From an uncultured Gammaproteobacteria bacterium (GTDB lineage: Bacteria > Patescibacteriota > Microgenomatia > UBA12405 > BS750m-G30), in the NCBI GenBank assembly GCA_964484095.1, contig CAZAEB010000001.1, positions 1,655 to 65,654 on the forward strand: a stretch of DNA of 64,000 bases, in the 5' to 3' direction. The notes beneath the pieces were generated by a model, which made no database searches, was not told where the DNA came from, and was given only the letters and a program-made list of their open reading frames with translations. Position numbers and translations under genes: made by a program. Positions 36,348 to 46,525 of this stretch are shown here, in pieces (position 1 is the first letter of the stretch; each line of letters starts with the position of its first letter).

Positions 36348-36698
36348 TTATTTACCTCCATCAATTAATCCTTTGCATTTTTTACATATTCTTTGTTTCT
36401 TTTTTTGACTATCAATTTGAAATCCAACCCTAGCCGGCTTTTTACATGTCGGACAAATCACCATCAATTTAGAAATGGCCACTGGAGCTTCTCTTTCAAT
36501 AATTCCGCCTGGTTTATCCTTACCTTGAGCTTTAATGTGTTTTTTAACTTTATTTATCCCGGCTACAATCACCTTCCCCTTACTTCTGATTATTTTTTTA
36601 ACTTCTCCCTGCTGGCCGCGATCTTTACCAGAACGAATATATACTTTGTCGCCTTTTTTTATCTTTTTAATAGTAATTTTCTTAGTATTTTGTGCCAT
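36348..36698 (-). CDS. rplX: 50S ribosomal protein L24 with C-terminal Cys4 zinc-ribbon extension
   Basis: KOW motif IKKGDKVYIRSGKDRGQQGEV. Extra C-terminal CPTCKKPARV...CKKCKGLI. The ORF is open to 36728, but the likely start is MAQNTKK at 36698. Confidence 0.85.
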   Translation of the reverse strand: MAQNTKKITIKKIKKGDKVYIRSGKDRGQQGEVKKIIRSKGKVIVAGINKVKKHIKAQGKDKPGGIIEREAPVAISKLMVICPTCKKPARVGFQIDSQKKKQRICKKCKGLIDGGK

Positions 36699-36699
36699 A

Positions 36700-37068
36700 T
36701 TAAATAAGCTCTTTTGCCATTGAAGCAATTTTATTAAATCCTGCTTCTTTTACCTCTCTAGAGACAGGTCCAAAAATTCTTGTCCCCCTTGGGTTGCCTT
36801 GATCGTCAATTATAACTGCAGCATTATCGTCAAATCTAATATATGACCCGTCTTTGCGATGCGATTCTTTTCTGGTTCTTACTAGAACAGCCTTTACTTT
36901 GTCACTTTTTTTAACCGTTCCATCTGGAGCGGCTTCTTTAACTACTACGTGAACAACATCACCCATGAGTCCGCTATGTCTTTTCCAGCCACCCATAACC
37001 TGAATTACCATCAGTTTTTTTGCTCCAGTATTATCGGCTGACTTTAATATTGATCTTAACTGAACCAT
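36700..37068 (-). CDS. rplN: 50S ribosomal protein L14
   Basis: 122 aa. MVQLRSILKSADNTGAKKLMVIQV. Confidence 0.95.
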   Translation of the reverse strand: MVQLRSILKSADNTGAKKLMVIQVMGGWKRHSGLMGDVVHVVVKEAAPDGTVKKSDKVKAVLVRTRKESHRKDGSYIRFDDNAAVIIDDQGNPRGTRIFGPVSREVKEAGFNKIASMAKELI

Positions 37069-37080
37069 TTTTGTCTTTAA

Positions 37081-37338
37081 TTACTTGCTAACTATTTTTA
37101 TAACAGCAAATCTTTTTAACTTGCTTATCGGTTTTGTTTCTTTAATTTCAACCACATCGCCTATCTTTGCCTTAAGTTGATTATCAGCATAAAGCTTACT
37201 TTTACTGACAACTACCTTTCGGTATTTTGGATGAGGTAGTCGACGGGTTATCTCAACCACCACTGTTTTATCCATCTTGTCAGAAACAACCTTGCCAGTA
37301 AATTTTTTAATCAGCTTTTTTTTACTTTTGACTGCCAT
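37081..37338 (-). CDS. rpsQ: 30S ribosomal protein S17
   Basis: 85 aa. GKVVSDKMDKTVVVEITRRLPHPKYRK. Confidence 0.95.
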   Translation of the reverse strand: MAVKSKKKLIKKFTGKVVSDKMDKTVVVEITRRLPHPKYRKVVVSKSKLYADNQLKAKIGDVVEIKETKPISKLKRFAVIKIVSK

Positions 37339-37549
37339 TATTGTCTTTCTTTGTCATTAATTTTTCATTAATAATTGTTCTAATAACTGCAATTTCCGCT
37401 CTAAGAAGTCGAGGCAGGTTGGTATTTTTAAGCTGTCTTTTTACCAGCTTAATTTTCGCTTCTAACAGATTTTTTTCTTTAGCTAACAACTCCTCCTCTA
37501 GCTGTGAAATAGATTTTGCTCGCAAACTATCTTTATTTTTTTTATTCAT
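37322..37549 (-). CDS. rpmC: 50S ribosomal protein L29
   Basis: 75 aa. Helical; its position between rplP and rpsQ is as expected. Confidence 0.85.
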   Translation of the reverse strand: MNKKNKDSLRAKSISQLEEELLAKEKNLLEAKIKLVKRQLKNTNLPRLLRAEIAVIRTIINEKLMTKKDNNGSQK

Positions 37550-37956
37550 TATTTATTTCTTTTTACAATTTTAGTCGGAAATGATAGTTTATAGGAAGCT
37601 CTTTTTAAAGCTCCAACTGCAATTTCCTCCGAAACACCACTAACTTCAAACAGTATTCTTCCAGGTTTAACAACAGCCACATGGGTATCGATATCGCCCT
37701 TACCTGCTCCCATAGGTGATCCAGGGGACTTTTTAGTAATTGGTTTATCAGGAAATACCTTAATCCAAAGCCGGGCATTTCTCTTTGTAAAATGAGTAAT
37801 TGCCTTTCTGGCCGCCTCGATCTGATTATCCTTAAACCAACCCCTACCCAAACTCTTGAGACCAAAATCTCCAAACTCAAGGCGAGACCCCGATATACTG
37901 GATCCCTTCATTCTGCCTCTAAATTGTTTTCGATACTTAGTTTTCTTGGGCTGCAT
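37549..37956 (-). CDS. rplP: 50S ribosomal protein L16
   Basis: 135 aa. MQPKKTKYRKQFRGRMKG. Confidence 0.95.
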   Translation of the reverse strand: MQPKKTKYRKQFRGRMKGSSISGSRLEFGDFGLKSLGRGWFKDNQIEAARKAITHFTKRNARLWIKVFPDKPITKKSPGSPMGAGKGDIDTHVAVVKPGRILFEVSGVSEEIAVGALKRASYKLSFPTKIVKRNK

Positions 37957-37959
37957 ATT

Positions 37960-38607
37960 CTACCTCTCTCCTCGATTAATGTAAACCTTTATCCCTATAT
38001 ACCCTGATTTTGTTAAAGCGGGAATTTCCGCATAGTCAATATCTGCACGAATGGTACTTAAAGAAACCCTTCCTGCTGAAAAAGTCTCGCTTCTGGCAAT
38101 CTCGGCTCCATTAATTCTTCCCTTGATGACTATTTTTACTCCAACCGCCCCCGACATCATTACTCGCTCTAGCGCCTTATTAACCACTTTCCTAAAGGGA
38201 ACTCTTTTTTCTAACTGATAGACTATCCGCTGACCGACCAATTTGGCCGACAGATCCTGATTTTTAACCTCTTCGACTTCAATTTCCAAATTTTTTTCCG
38301 GACTGGCAACAGATACTATTTTACAAAGAGATTTTTTTATCTCTTCAAGCCCCTTACCGCCCCGTCCTATAACCAGACCCGGACGTCCGACAAACAGGGT
38401 AACCCTAATCTTTTTGGTTAGTCTTTCTATCTGAACCAGCATAAGTCCAGCCATATATAGACGATTTTCAAGGAACTTTCTAATCTCAAGGTCTTCTTTT
38501 ATCATTTCCGGATACTTATCCTTACTGGAAAACCAACGAGAAGACCAGCTAGCTGGTGCCTTATTATCACTTAACCTAAATGCAATTGGATGTGTTTTTT
38601 GTCCCAT
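37960..38607 (-). CDS. rpsC: 30S ribosomal protein S3
   Basis: 215 aa. MGQKTHPIAFRL. KH domain. Confidence 0.95.
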   Translation of the reverse strand: MGQKTHPIAFRLSDNKAPASWSSRWFSSKDKYPEMIKEDLEIRKFLENRLYMAGLMLVQIERLTKKIRVTLFVGRPGLVIGRGGKGLEEIKKSLCKIVSVASPEKNLEIEVEEVKNQDLSAKLVGQRIVYQLEKRVPFRKVVNKALERVMMSGAVGVKIVIKGRINGAEIARSETFSAGRVSLSTIRADIDYAEIPALTKSGYIGIKVYINRGER

Positions 38608-38993
38608 TATTTATCTTTTTTTTGACCAATAATAATAATTTTTAGATGTGATCGCCTTCTTTTAATCAGTCCACTGTTAAACCTAGCCCCATGAAATCGA
38701 TCTCTTCTGACCATTCCCGGAGCCTCATCAACAGTAATCTTTTTAAATTTCAATGTTCCTCTATCAAGTCCAGAATTATTAACCGCGTTAGCAATCACTC
38801 CTTTTAGAACCTTAAGCATAATTCTTGCCCCTTTTTGGCTAGCAACCGAAAGGTTTCTTTCAGCTACCTCTAGTGAAAGCTTTGTCATTCCGTCAGCTAT
38901 CAGTCGCAATTTTCGAGGTGAAATTCGCAAATGTTTAGCATAAACTACTATCTCTACTCCTGCCTTATCAATTGGCTTTTTGTCTTTTGCCAT
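38607..38993 (-). CDS. rplV: 50S ribosomal protein L22
   Basis: 128 aa. L22 fold with beta-hairpin extension. Confidence 0.95.
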   Translation of the reverse strand: MAKDKKPIDKAGVEIVVYAKHLRISPRKLRLIADGMTKLSLEVAERNLSVASQKGARIMLKVLKGVIANAVNNSGLDRGTLKFKKITVDEAPGMVRRDRFHGARFNSGLIKRRRSHLKIIIIGQKKDK

Positions 38994-38996
38994 TTT

Positions 38997-39281
38997 TTAT
39001 GTTTTCTCAATCACTCTTTTAACCACTCTCCCGTGACCTCTAAACGTTCTTGTTAGAGAAAATTCACCCAAACGATGGCCTACCATTTCCTCAGTAACAA
39101 AAAGACTGATGAATTTTCTTCCATTATGAATCATAAAACTATGACCAACAAATTCAGGCGAAATCTGACTAGCCCTAGCCCAGGTCTTTATCGGCTCCTT
39201 TTTGCCTCCCTTGTTCTGAGCTACAACCTTTTTAAGCAGTTTTTTGTCTATATAAGGTCCTTTTTTTAATGATCTTCCCAT
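38997..39281 (-). CDS. rpsS: 30S ribosomal protein S19
   Basis: 94 aa. [19 protein letters not shown]. Confidence 0.95.
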   Translation of the reverse strand: MGRSLKKGPYIDKKLLKKVVAQNKGGKKEPIKTWARASQISPEFVGHSFMIHNGRKFISLFVTEEMVGHRLGEFSLTRTFRGHGRVVKRVIEKT

Positions 39282-39285
39282 TTTT

Positions 39286-40062
39286 TTACTTTCTTCGCTT
39301 AATTATTAATCTATTTGAATACTTTTTCTTTTTTCTGGTCCTAACTCCTAATGTTCTTTTACCCCAAGGAGTTTTCGGAGCCTTCATTCCAATTCCAGAC
39401 TTACCCTCTCCTCCACCATGAGGATGAGAAGAAGGATTTTGGACAACTCCACGAACTGTAGGTCTAACCCCTCTGAGCCTTTTTTGACCAGCTTTAGTGT
39501 ATTTATGAGAGGACCACTCCGAATTGGAAATCTGTCCAATTGTTGCCATGCACTCAGGAGAAAAAAGCCTCATCTCTCCTGAAGGCATTTTCACTACCAC
39601 CCCATTTTTCTCAATACTTTGAATAAAAACCATCGACCCAGCGCTTCTAGCCATCTGACCGCCTTTACCAGGAAAAATCTCTAAGTTGTGTATTGGTACT
39701 CCAGCAGGAATATTTTTTAACTTCATCGCATTGCCCGGCTTTATCGATGCCTTTACTTTTGAAACTACCTTATCACCGATAGAGATCTTTTCCGGTGCTA
39801 AAATATAGCGCCTTTCTCCATCTGGATATACTATTAAAGCTAAATTAGCAGTTCTGTTGGGATCATACTCAATTCCCTCAACTATGCCGATAATATTCTT
39901 TTTTGATCTGGCCCAATCAATCTTCCTAATAAATCTTTTCTGTTCACCGCCCTGGTGACGAACACTGACCCGTCCACCAAAGCCACGACCACTTTTTTTC
40001 TTTTTAGTTTTAAGCAGATGTTTAATTTTTTTATTTCGCTGGAAACAAACTTGTTTATTCAT
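39286..40062 (-). CDS. rplB: 50S ribosomal protein L2 (N-terminal about 20 aa divergent)
   Basis: 258 aa. [22 protein letters not shown]...[16 protein letters not shown]. The usual MAIKKYKPTSPGRR N-terminus is absent. Confidence 0.9.
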   Translation of the reverse strand: MNKQVCFQRNKKIKHLLKTKKKKSGRGFGGRVSVRHQGGEQKRFIRKIDWARSKKNIIGIVEGIEYDPNRTANLALIVYPDGERRYILAPEKISIGDKVVSKVKASIKPGNAMKLKNIPAGVPIHNLEIFPGKGGQMARSAGSMVFIQSIEKNGVVVKMPSGEMRLFSPECMATIGQISNSEWSSHKYTKAGQKRLRGVRPTVRGVVQNPSSHPHGGGEGKSGIGMKAPKTPWGKRTLGVRTRKKKKYSNRLIIKRRK

Positions 40063-40359
40063 TTATTTTTCTTTAATAACCAGCTGTTTGATTTTTTCAC
40101 CCGATTTTAAAGTTACTAAAGCCTTTTTGTATGCCGACAAAGTTACTTTGCGTCGATGACGCCATATCATTTTCGCCTTAGGCTTAACTCTAATAACTCG
40201 AACCCTTACAGGAGTTACCCCTAAATATTCTTTAACTGCATCGGCAATTTGATGCTTGTTTGCACTTTTGTGAACAAAAAAAGTCCACACTCCTTGTGTT
40301 TGTAACTGCAAAGTCTTTTCCGTCAAAACAGGCTTTATAATAACCCATGAGCTACTCAT
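40063..40359 (-). CDS. rplW: 50S ribosomal protein L23
   Basis: 98 aa. VIIKPVLTEKT. Confidence 0.9.
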   Translation of the reverse strand: MSSSWVIIKPVLTEKTLQLQTQGVWTFFVHKSANKHQIADAVKEYLGVTPVRVRVIRVKPKAKMIWRHRRKVTLSAYKKALVTLKSGEKIKQLVIKEK

Positions 40360-41027
40360 TTTTCAATCTCCAATACTTTTTTATCAAAAATTAAATAATT
40401 ACTATTCAAAACCAAATAAGGATTAAGATCGACAAAACGGCTAACAATAACTCCCTTGCCAGATAAATTTCCAAAAGCCCTTTTTACCTGGTCTGTATGT
40501 TTTTCAACAACAACCAAAACTTTTTTGGACTCCGATAAATTTTTCTCGCTTTTCCTTAATTTGTTTAGTAGAAGTTCTGCTTTTTTTGTTTTAGGTTTGA
40601 TTTTAGTGATATTAGAAACAGCACAAATTCTTTTAGAATCAAACTGTTCTGTTAAAACAGAGAATAAGGCCTTTTTCTTCATTTTTTTACTAAATTTTAA
40701 TTTCCAATTCTCTTTGCCTGTAGGACCATGAGCAATACCGCCGCCGACAAAAATCGGAGCCTTAAGATCTCCGTGACGGGCCTTACCTGTCCCTTTTTGT
40801 TTCCAAATTTTCCTAGTTGAACCAACTACTTCTCCTCGAGACTTAACACGAGGATGAGCCTTTCTCTGGTTTGAAAGATATACTCTCACTGCCTGAGCAA
40901 CCAGATCAGGGTTTTTCTTAACAGCAAAGATATCTCCAGAAACAAATAGTTGGCCGGACTTTTCACCGCTAAGTTCGTATACGTTTATTACCAGTCTATT
41001 TTGATCATTCCTGCTTGCCATTATCAA
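40356..41027 (-). CDS. rplD: 50S ribosomal protein L4
   Basis: 223 aa. QKGTGKARHGDLKAPIFVGGGIAHGP. Confidence 0.9.
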   Translation of the reverse strand: MIMASRNDQNRLVINVYELSGEKSGQLFVSGDIFAVKKNPDLVAQAVRVYLSNQRKAHPRVKSRGEVVGSTRKIWKQKGTGKARHGDLKAPIFVGGGIAHGPTGKENWKLKFSKKMKKKALFSVLTEQFDSKRICAVSNITKIKPKTKKAELLLNKLRKSEKNLSESKKVLVVVEKHTDQVKRAFGNLSGKGVIVSRFVDLNPYLVLNSNYLIFDKKVLEIEK

Positions 41028-41701
41028 TCTCCCCCAGAAGGGTTCTCTAAAAGAGTAACTTTTTTATTCTTTAATGATGTCTTTATAAGCAAAACCCAGC
41101 TTTTTATCGCTCCTGGAACTGATCCTTTTATCCAAATTTCTTGACTATCACTATCAATTTTATAAACAGGCAGGTTTTTAACAGTAATTTTTGTATTTCC
41201 GAAATGACCAGGCATCTTTTTCCCTTTAAACACTCTTCCTGGAGTTTGTGATCCTATTGATCCAGGAGCTCTTTCTCTATCTGACTGGCCGTGAGTTTTA
41301 GGCTGACTTTGAAATCCCCAGCGTTTAATTGCTCCTGAAAAACCTCGTCCTTTACTCGATCCTTGAGCATTTACTCTGTCTCCGGGTTGTAAAACCAAGG
41401 TCGGTTTAATCTCTTGCCCAAGCTTGTAATCACCAACCTCTTTCTCATTAATAGAGCACTCATAAAAAAAAGCGGGGCTTTTTTTAACTCCTGCTTTTTT
41501 AACTCTACCTTCTAGTGATTTTCCGGTTTCTTTTTTCTCTCCAACTCCAACTTGAACAGCACAGTAACCATCGGTTTCGCTAGTTTTGATCTGAAAAACT
41601 ACCCCGCAAGGGGCCTTTAAAACCGTCAATGGAACAAGACATCCTTCCTGATCGAATTTTTGTTCCATTCTTAATTTTTGAGCTAACAATTTAGTTATCA
41701 T
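41024..41701 (-). CDS. rplC: 50S ribosomal protein L3
   Basis: 225 aa. GSSKGRGFSGAIKRWGFQSQPKTHGQS. Confidence 0.95.
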   Translation of the reverse strand: MITKLLAQKLRMEQKFDQEGCLVPLTVLKAPCGVVFQIKTSETDGYCAVQVGVGEKKETGKSLEGRVKKAGVKKSPAFFYECSINEKEVGDYKLGQEIKPTLVLQPGDRVNAQGSSKGRGFSGAIKRWGFQSQPKTHGQSDRERAPGSIGSQTPGRVFKGKKMPGHFGNTKITVKNLPVYKIDSDSQEIWIKGSVPGAIKSWVLLIKTSLKNKKVTLLENPSGGD

Positions 41702-41824
41702 CTTTACTCTTTATTAACAAAAAAAAAGAGACCGGGACCGGCCCCTTTTAATTTTATTTGCTTAAAATAAAAAACTATATGACTTTGCAATCTGCAAAAC
41801 CGGTCATGCTAAATTAAAAAATAA

Positions 41825-42151
41825 CTACATTTTTACCTCAACCTCAATTCCTGAGGGGAGATCCAAATGTTGCAAACCATCAATTACTCTAGGATTGGCA
41901 TCTATGATATCAATAACTCTTTTGTGAATCAATACCTCAAAATGCTCTCGCGCATCCTCATCAACATGGGGACTGGTATTAACCACAAAAAGCTTTCGCC
42001 TTGTTGGCAACGGAATCGGACCAACAATGCTGGCCCCGCTAATTACCACCGCATCGATAATTTTCGCTGCTGCTTCATCGATAATCCGATGATCATAAGA
42101 TTTTAAACGTACTCTAATTTTATTTTTATACATTGATACCCTCAAGTTCAA
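41825..42151 (-). CDS. rpsJ: 30S ribosomal protein S10
   Basis: IRVRLKSYDHRIIDEAAAKIID. The true start is probably MYKNKIRVRL at 42133. Confidence 0.95.
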   Translation of the reverse strand: MNLRVSMYKNKIRVRLKSYDHRIIDEAAAKIIDAVVISGASIVGPIPLPTRRKLFVVNTSPHVDEDAREHFEVLIHKRVIDIIDANPRVIDGLQHLDLPSGIEVEVKM

Positions 42152-42184
42152 TCCTTCAATGGCTGTACCGGTTTAAAGCTGAAA

Positions 42185-43378
42185 TTATTTTGTAATTTCG
42201 GTAACCACTCCTGCTCCAACCGTCAATCCGCCTTCTCTGATTGCAAACTTCATTCCTTTCTCCATAGCTACTGGTTTTATCAACTTTACGTCAATATTTG
42301 CATTGTCACCAGGCATAATCATCTCTACTCCCTCAGCCAATTTAATCTCGCCAGTAACATCAGTCGTTCTGACATAAATTTGTGGCCTGTATCCTGAAAA
42401 AAACGGAGTATGTCTGCCTCCCTCTTCCTTTTTAAGAACATAAACCTCTGCTTTAAATTCTGTATGAGGAGTAATGCTTCCAGGCTTTGCCAAAACCATT
42501 CCTCGATCAATGTCGTCTTTTTCAATTCCTCGAAGAAGAATTCCGACATTGTCGCCAGCCTGGCCTTCGTCTAAATGTTTATGGAACATCTCAACTCCGG
42601 TAACAACTGTTTTTCTAGTGTCTCTAAGTCCAATAATTTCAATCTCTTCTCCAACTTTGACTATCCCTCTGTCAATTTTACCGGTAGCAACTGTTCCTCT
42701 TCCCTTAATAGAAAAAACATCCTCTACTGGCATCATGAAAGGTTTGTCTAAATCTCTCTCAGGAGTTGGAATATAGTCATCAATTGCTGTCATTAGATCC
42801 GTAATTGATTTCTCTCCTTCGGCATCTCCATCCATTGCCTTCAAAGCCGAACCGCGAATTATTGGAATTTTATCACCGGGAAAATCGTACTTTTTTAATA
42901 GATCTCGAATTTCCATTTCTACCAGATCTAAAAACTCAGGATCATCAACTAGGTCAACCTTATTAAGAAAAACCACCATTGATGGAACATTCACCTGTCC
43001 TGCCAGTAATACATGCTCTCTTGTCTGAGGCATTGGTCCGTCGGCAGCAGAAACTACCAAAATACCACCATCCATTTGGGCGGCACCGGTAATCATGTTT
43101 TTGATATAATCGGCGTGTCCGGGACAATCGATATGAGCATAATGTCTCTTGTCTGTCTCATACTCGACATGAGCAACAGCAATAGTAAGAATCTTGCTTG
43201 CGTCTCGAACTGCTCCACCCTTAGCAATGTCAGCGTAAGACTTCTCCGTAGCCTGACCCTTTTTAGAAAGAGTTTTTAATATTGCTGCTGTCAATGTGGT
43301 TTTACCATGATCAACGTGACCAATGGTACCAACATTAACGTGCGGCTTACTTCGATCGTATTTTTTACTATCTGCCAT
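42185..43378 (-). CDS. tuf: elongation factor Tu
   Basis: 397 aa. [22 protein letters not shown] and NKVD. Confidence 0.97.
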   Translation of the reverse strand: MADSKKYDRSKPHVNVGTIGHVDHGKTTLTAAILKTLSKKGQATEKSYADIAKGGAVRDASKILTIAVAHVEYETDKRHYAHIDCPGHADYIKNMITGAAQMDGGILVVSAADGPMPQTREHVLLAGQVNVPSMVVFLNKVDLVDDPEFLDLVEMEIRDLLKKYDFPGDKIPIIRGSALKAMDGDAEGEKSITDLMTAIDDYIPTPERDLDKPFMMPVEDVFSIKGRGTVATGKIDRGIVKVGEEIEIIGLRDTRKTVVTGVEMFHKHLDEGQAGDNVGILLRGIEKDDIDRGMVLAKPGSITPHTEFKAEVYVLKKEEGGRHTPFFSGYRPQIYVRTTDVTGEIKLAEGVEMIMPGDNANIDVKLIKPVAMEKGMKFAIREGGLTVGAGVVTEITK

Positions 43379-43417
43379 AATTGCCTCCTTTAAATTTTAA
43401 ACGTAGAAATTTTAACA

Positions 43418-45520
43418 TTACTTACTCTTATTTGCAATAATCTCGTCCTGAACATTTCTAGGCACCTCCTGATAATGAGAAGGTTCCATATAAAAAGAAC
43501 CCCTACCTTGAGTAAGGCTCCTTATTATTGTAGCATACCCGCGAACCTCTGCAAGAGGAACCTTAGCATTAACTACCCTCATCTGACCTCGAGACTCTGT
43601 TCCTAAAATTTGAGCTCTTCTCCCAGAAAGATCGCCAATAACTGTTCCTAAATATTCTTCAGGAACAGAAACCTCCAGCTTCATAATAGGTTCAAGCAGG
43701 GTAGGATTAGCCTTTTTGGCCGTATTTTGAAAAGCCATTGAGCCAGCAATTTTAAAGGCCATATCAGAAGAATCAACATCGTGATAACTTCCATCATAAA
43801 CGGCCACTTTTAAGTCAACAAATGGAAAACCAGCTACAATCCCTTTTTCCATCGCTTCAACGACACCTTTTTCGATAGCAGGAATATATACTGCTGGAAT
43901 TGCTGCCCCTCTAATTTCTGAAACAAATTCAAATCCGCTGCCTCTTTCTTTGGGTTCTATTCTAATCAAACAGTGTCCATACTGACCACGACCACCGGTT
44001 TGACGAATATATTTTCCTTCTCCATTTTCAGTTGTGGTCACTGTTTCTCTGAAAGCCACTTGAGGCTTGCCAACTACAACATCAACACCAAACTCTCGTC
44101 GCATTCTTTCTACCAAAATCTCAAGATGAAGTTCTCCCATCCCGGCGATAATTGTCTGACCAGTCTCATGATCTACCTTAGTCACAAAGGTAGGATCTTC
44201 TTCGGCCAATTTATTCAAAGATTGGCCAAGTTTTTCCTGATCGGTTTTAGTTTTTGGTTCGATCGCCAAAGAAATTACCGGCTCTGGAAAACTTATTGAC
44301 TCATAGACTATTGGATTGGCAGAATCGCATAAAGTATGACCGGTAGTTGACTCTCTTAAGCCAATAACAGCTATAATCTCTCCAGCATAAGCCTCTTCGA
44401 TTCCTTCTTTTTTATCGGCATGCATCAACAACAACCGACCTATTCTTTCATTTTTTGACTTGGTCGCGTTCAAGATGCTTGATCCTGACTTTAGCGTTCC
44501 TGAATATATTCTTAAATAGCTAAGCCTACCCACATGAGGATCTGTTTGAACTTTAAAGAGCAAAGCAGAAAAAGGAGCTTTCTTATCCGCAAATCTCTCT
44601 TCTTCTTTTTCAGTTTTTGGATTTATTCCCTTTGCCGAAGGAATATCTAAAGGCGAAGGAAGAAAATCAATCACCCCATCCAAAACCGGCTGAATGCATT
44701 TGTTTCTCCAAGCAGCTCCGCAATAAATCGGCACCAACTGGTTAGCGATAACCGCCTTTCTCAAACCCACTTTAAGTTCTTCAACTTCAATCTCTTCATC
44801 ATTTAAAAATCTCTCCATTAGGCTCTCATCATAAGTGCAAATATTTTCCACCAACCGTTGTCTTTTTTCTTTCAACTGTTGCCTATATTCTTCAGGAACT
44901 TCGCTCACAGTATATTCAACTCCCAGTTCATCCTTATCCCAAATAAGCATTTTTTGATCGATAACAGAGATTATTCCTTTAAAATCGTGTTCTTTTCCAA
45001 CTGGAATTGTCATAATTGCCAGCTTAGTGCCAAATCTATCGTTAATCATCGATACGGTGTTTTCAAAATCAGCGCCAATTTTATCCATTTTATTGACAAA
45101 AACTAGCCTTGGCACCCGATATTTATCAGCCTGATGCCAAACCGTTTCCGATTGAGCCTGAACCCCTTCTTCAGCATCAAAAACCATAATTGCTCCGTCT
45201 AAAACCCTTAACGATCTTTCCACCTCAGCTGTAAAATCAACATGACCCGGGGTGTCAATTACATTTAGACGATACTCTTTCCAAAAAGTAGTAATTGCCG
45301 CTGATACGATAGTAATTCCACGTTCGCGCTCCTGATCCATCCAATCAGTAACTGTAGTTCCTTCATCAATACTGCCTACTTTATAAGACTTTCCCGTATA
45401 GAAAAGAATCCTTTCAGTAGTAGTTGTCTTGCCGGCATCAATGTGAGCAATAATACCAATATTTCTCACCTTTTCCATCGGCATGTTTCTATCTTTTGTT
45501 ACTATGATTTGATTAGCCAT
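43418..45520 (-). CDS. fusA: elongation factor G
   Basis: 700 aa. NIGIIAHIDAGKTT, DTPGHVDF and NKMD. Confidence 0.97.
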   Translation of the reverse strand: MANQIIVTKDRNMPMEKVRNIGIIAHIDAGKTTTTERILFYTGKSYKVGSIDEGTTVTDWMDQERERGITIVSAAITTFWKEYRLNVIDTPGHVDFTAEVERSLRVLDGAIMVFDAEEGVQAQSETVWHQADKYRVPRLVFVNKMDKIGADFENTVSMINDRFGTKLAIMTIPVGKEHDFKGIISVIDQKMLIWDKDELGVEYTVSEVPEEYRQQLKEKRQRLVENICTYDESLMERFLNDEEIEVEELKVGLRKAVIANQLVPIYCGAAWRNKCIQPVLDGVIDFLPSPLDIPSAKGINPKTEKEEERFADKKAPFSALLFKVQTDPHVGRLSYLRIYSGTLKSGSSILNATKSKNERIGRLLLMHADKKEGIEEAYAGEIIAVIGLRESTTGHTLCDSANPIVYESISFPEPVISLAIEPKTKTDQEKLGQSLNKLAEEDPTFVTKVDHETGQTIIAGMGELHLEILVERMRREFGVDVVVGKPQVAFRETVTTTENGEGKYIRQTGGRGQYGHCLIRIEPKERGSGFEFVSEIRGAAIPAVYIPAIEKGVVEAMEKGIVAGFPFVDLKVAVYDGSYHDVDSSDMAFKIAGSMAFQNTAKKANPTLLEPIMKLEVSVPEEYLGTVIGDLSGRRAQILGTESRGQMRVVNAKVPLAEVRGYATIIRSLTQGRGSFYMEPSHYQEVPRNVQDEIIANKSK

Positions 45521-45568
45521 TATTATATCTACTTATTAAAATAAGTGTGAAAAATATTTTTAACTATT

Positions 45569-46048
45569 TTACCAGCGAAGATGGGAAAACGCTGTGTTTG
45601 CTTCAGCTATCTTTTCAATCTCTTCTTTTTTTGCCATCGCTCCGCCACCCCGACTGTAACCCTCAATAATCTCTGTCGCTAATTTTTCAAAAAAATTATG
45701 AAACTCCGAATTTGAACGAGTTCTTGCCGCAGACACCATCCAACGAATAGCTAAAGTTTCTTGACGTTGACCTCTAACTAAAGAGGGCACCTGATATGTT
45801 GCTCCTCCAACTCTTCTTGACCTTACCTCAACACGAGGACGAACATTATCTACTGTTGATAAAAAAACTTCAAGGGGGTCCTTTTTAAGTTTCTTTTCAA
45901 TTAAATCAAACGCACTATATACATGTTTTTGAGCAATGGTTTTTTTGCCATTGACCATCACCTTGTTAATAAGCCTGCTTACTAATATATTTTTATAAAT
46001 TGGATCTGGAAGAGAGGGTCTTTTTTTTATGTTCCCTTTTCTGCTCAT
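45569..46048 (-). CDS. rpsG: 30S ribosomal protein S7
   Basis: 159 aa. PDPIYKNILVSRLINKVMVNGKK. Confidence 0.95.
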   Translation of the reverse strand: MSRKGNIKKRPSLPDPIYKNILVSRLINKVMVNGKKTIAQKHVYSAFDLIEKKLKKDPLEVFLSTVDNVRPRVEVRSRRVGGATYQVPSLVRGQRQETLAIRWMVSAARTRSNSEFHNFFEKLATEIIEGYSRGGGAMAKKEEIEKIAEANTAFSHLRW

Positions 46049-46057
46049 TTTTTTATA

Positions 46058-46525
46058 CTACTCTGCTGCCGGAGCAGAAGCCTCGATTGATTCTTTAACT
46101 CCATCTTTTTTGACACCATATTTACTTCTTGACTGCTTTCTTCCCATCACTGCCTCTGCGTCATATTTGCCTCTAATAATGTGGTAGCGAACTCCCGGCA
46201 AATCTCTCACTTTCCCGCCGCGAACCATAACTACCGCATGTTCTGCAATATTATGACCAATACCAGGAATATATACCGTCATTTCTCTCTTGTTAGAAAG
46301 CCTAACCTTAGCTACTTTTCTCATTGCCGAATGAGGCTTTTTAGGCGGCATAGTCTTTATCATTGTTACTACGCCTCGCTTTTGCGGATTTACACTAACC
46401 ACCATTCGATTTTTAACACTATTAAAACTCCCTCGCAATGCAGGGCTTTTAATTTTGTTTTTAACCTTACTGCGACCTTTTCGAATTAGTTGATTAAATG
46501 TAGGCATAAGTTTTCCTTTACTCAA
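46058..46525 (-). CDS. rpsL: 30S ribosomal protein S12 (with about 12-aa internal insertion)
   Basis: [11 protein letters not shown]...PALRG[[14 protein letters not shown]]PQKRGVVT...[11 protein letters not shown]. The probable start is MPTFNQL at 46507, which avoids overlap with rpoC. Confidence 0.95.
   Translation of the reverse strand: MSKGKLMPTFNQLIRKGRSKVKNKIKSPALRGSFNSVKNRMVVSVNPQKRGVVTMIKTMPPKKPHSAMRKVAKVRLSNKREMTVYIPGIGHNIAEHAVVMVRGGKVRDLPGVRYHIIRGKYDAEAVMGRKQSRSKYGVKKDGVKESIEASAPAAE

Noticed and set aside
41726-41748. GC island in the rpsJ-rplC spacer as a clean intrinsic terminator
   Set aside because: At most a 3-4-bp GC stem can be drawn, and the CCGG repeats leave loops that are too short. 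It is reported as an attenuator-like oddity rather than annotated as a terminator.
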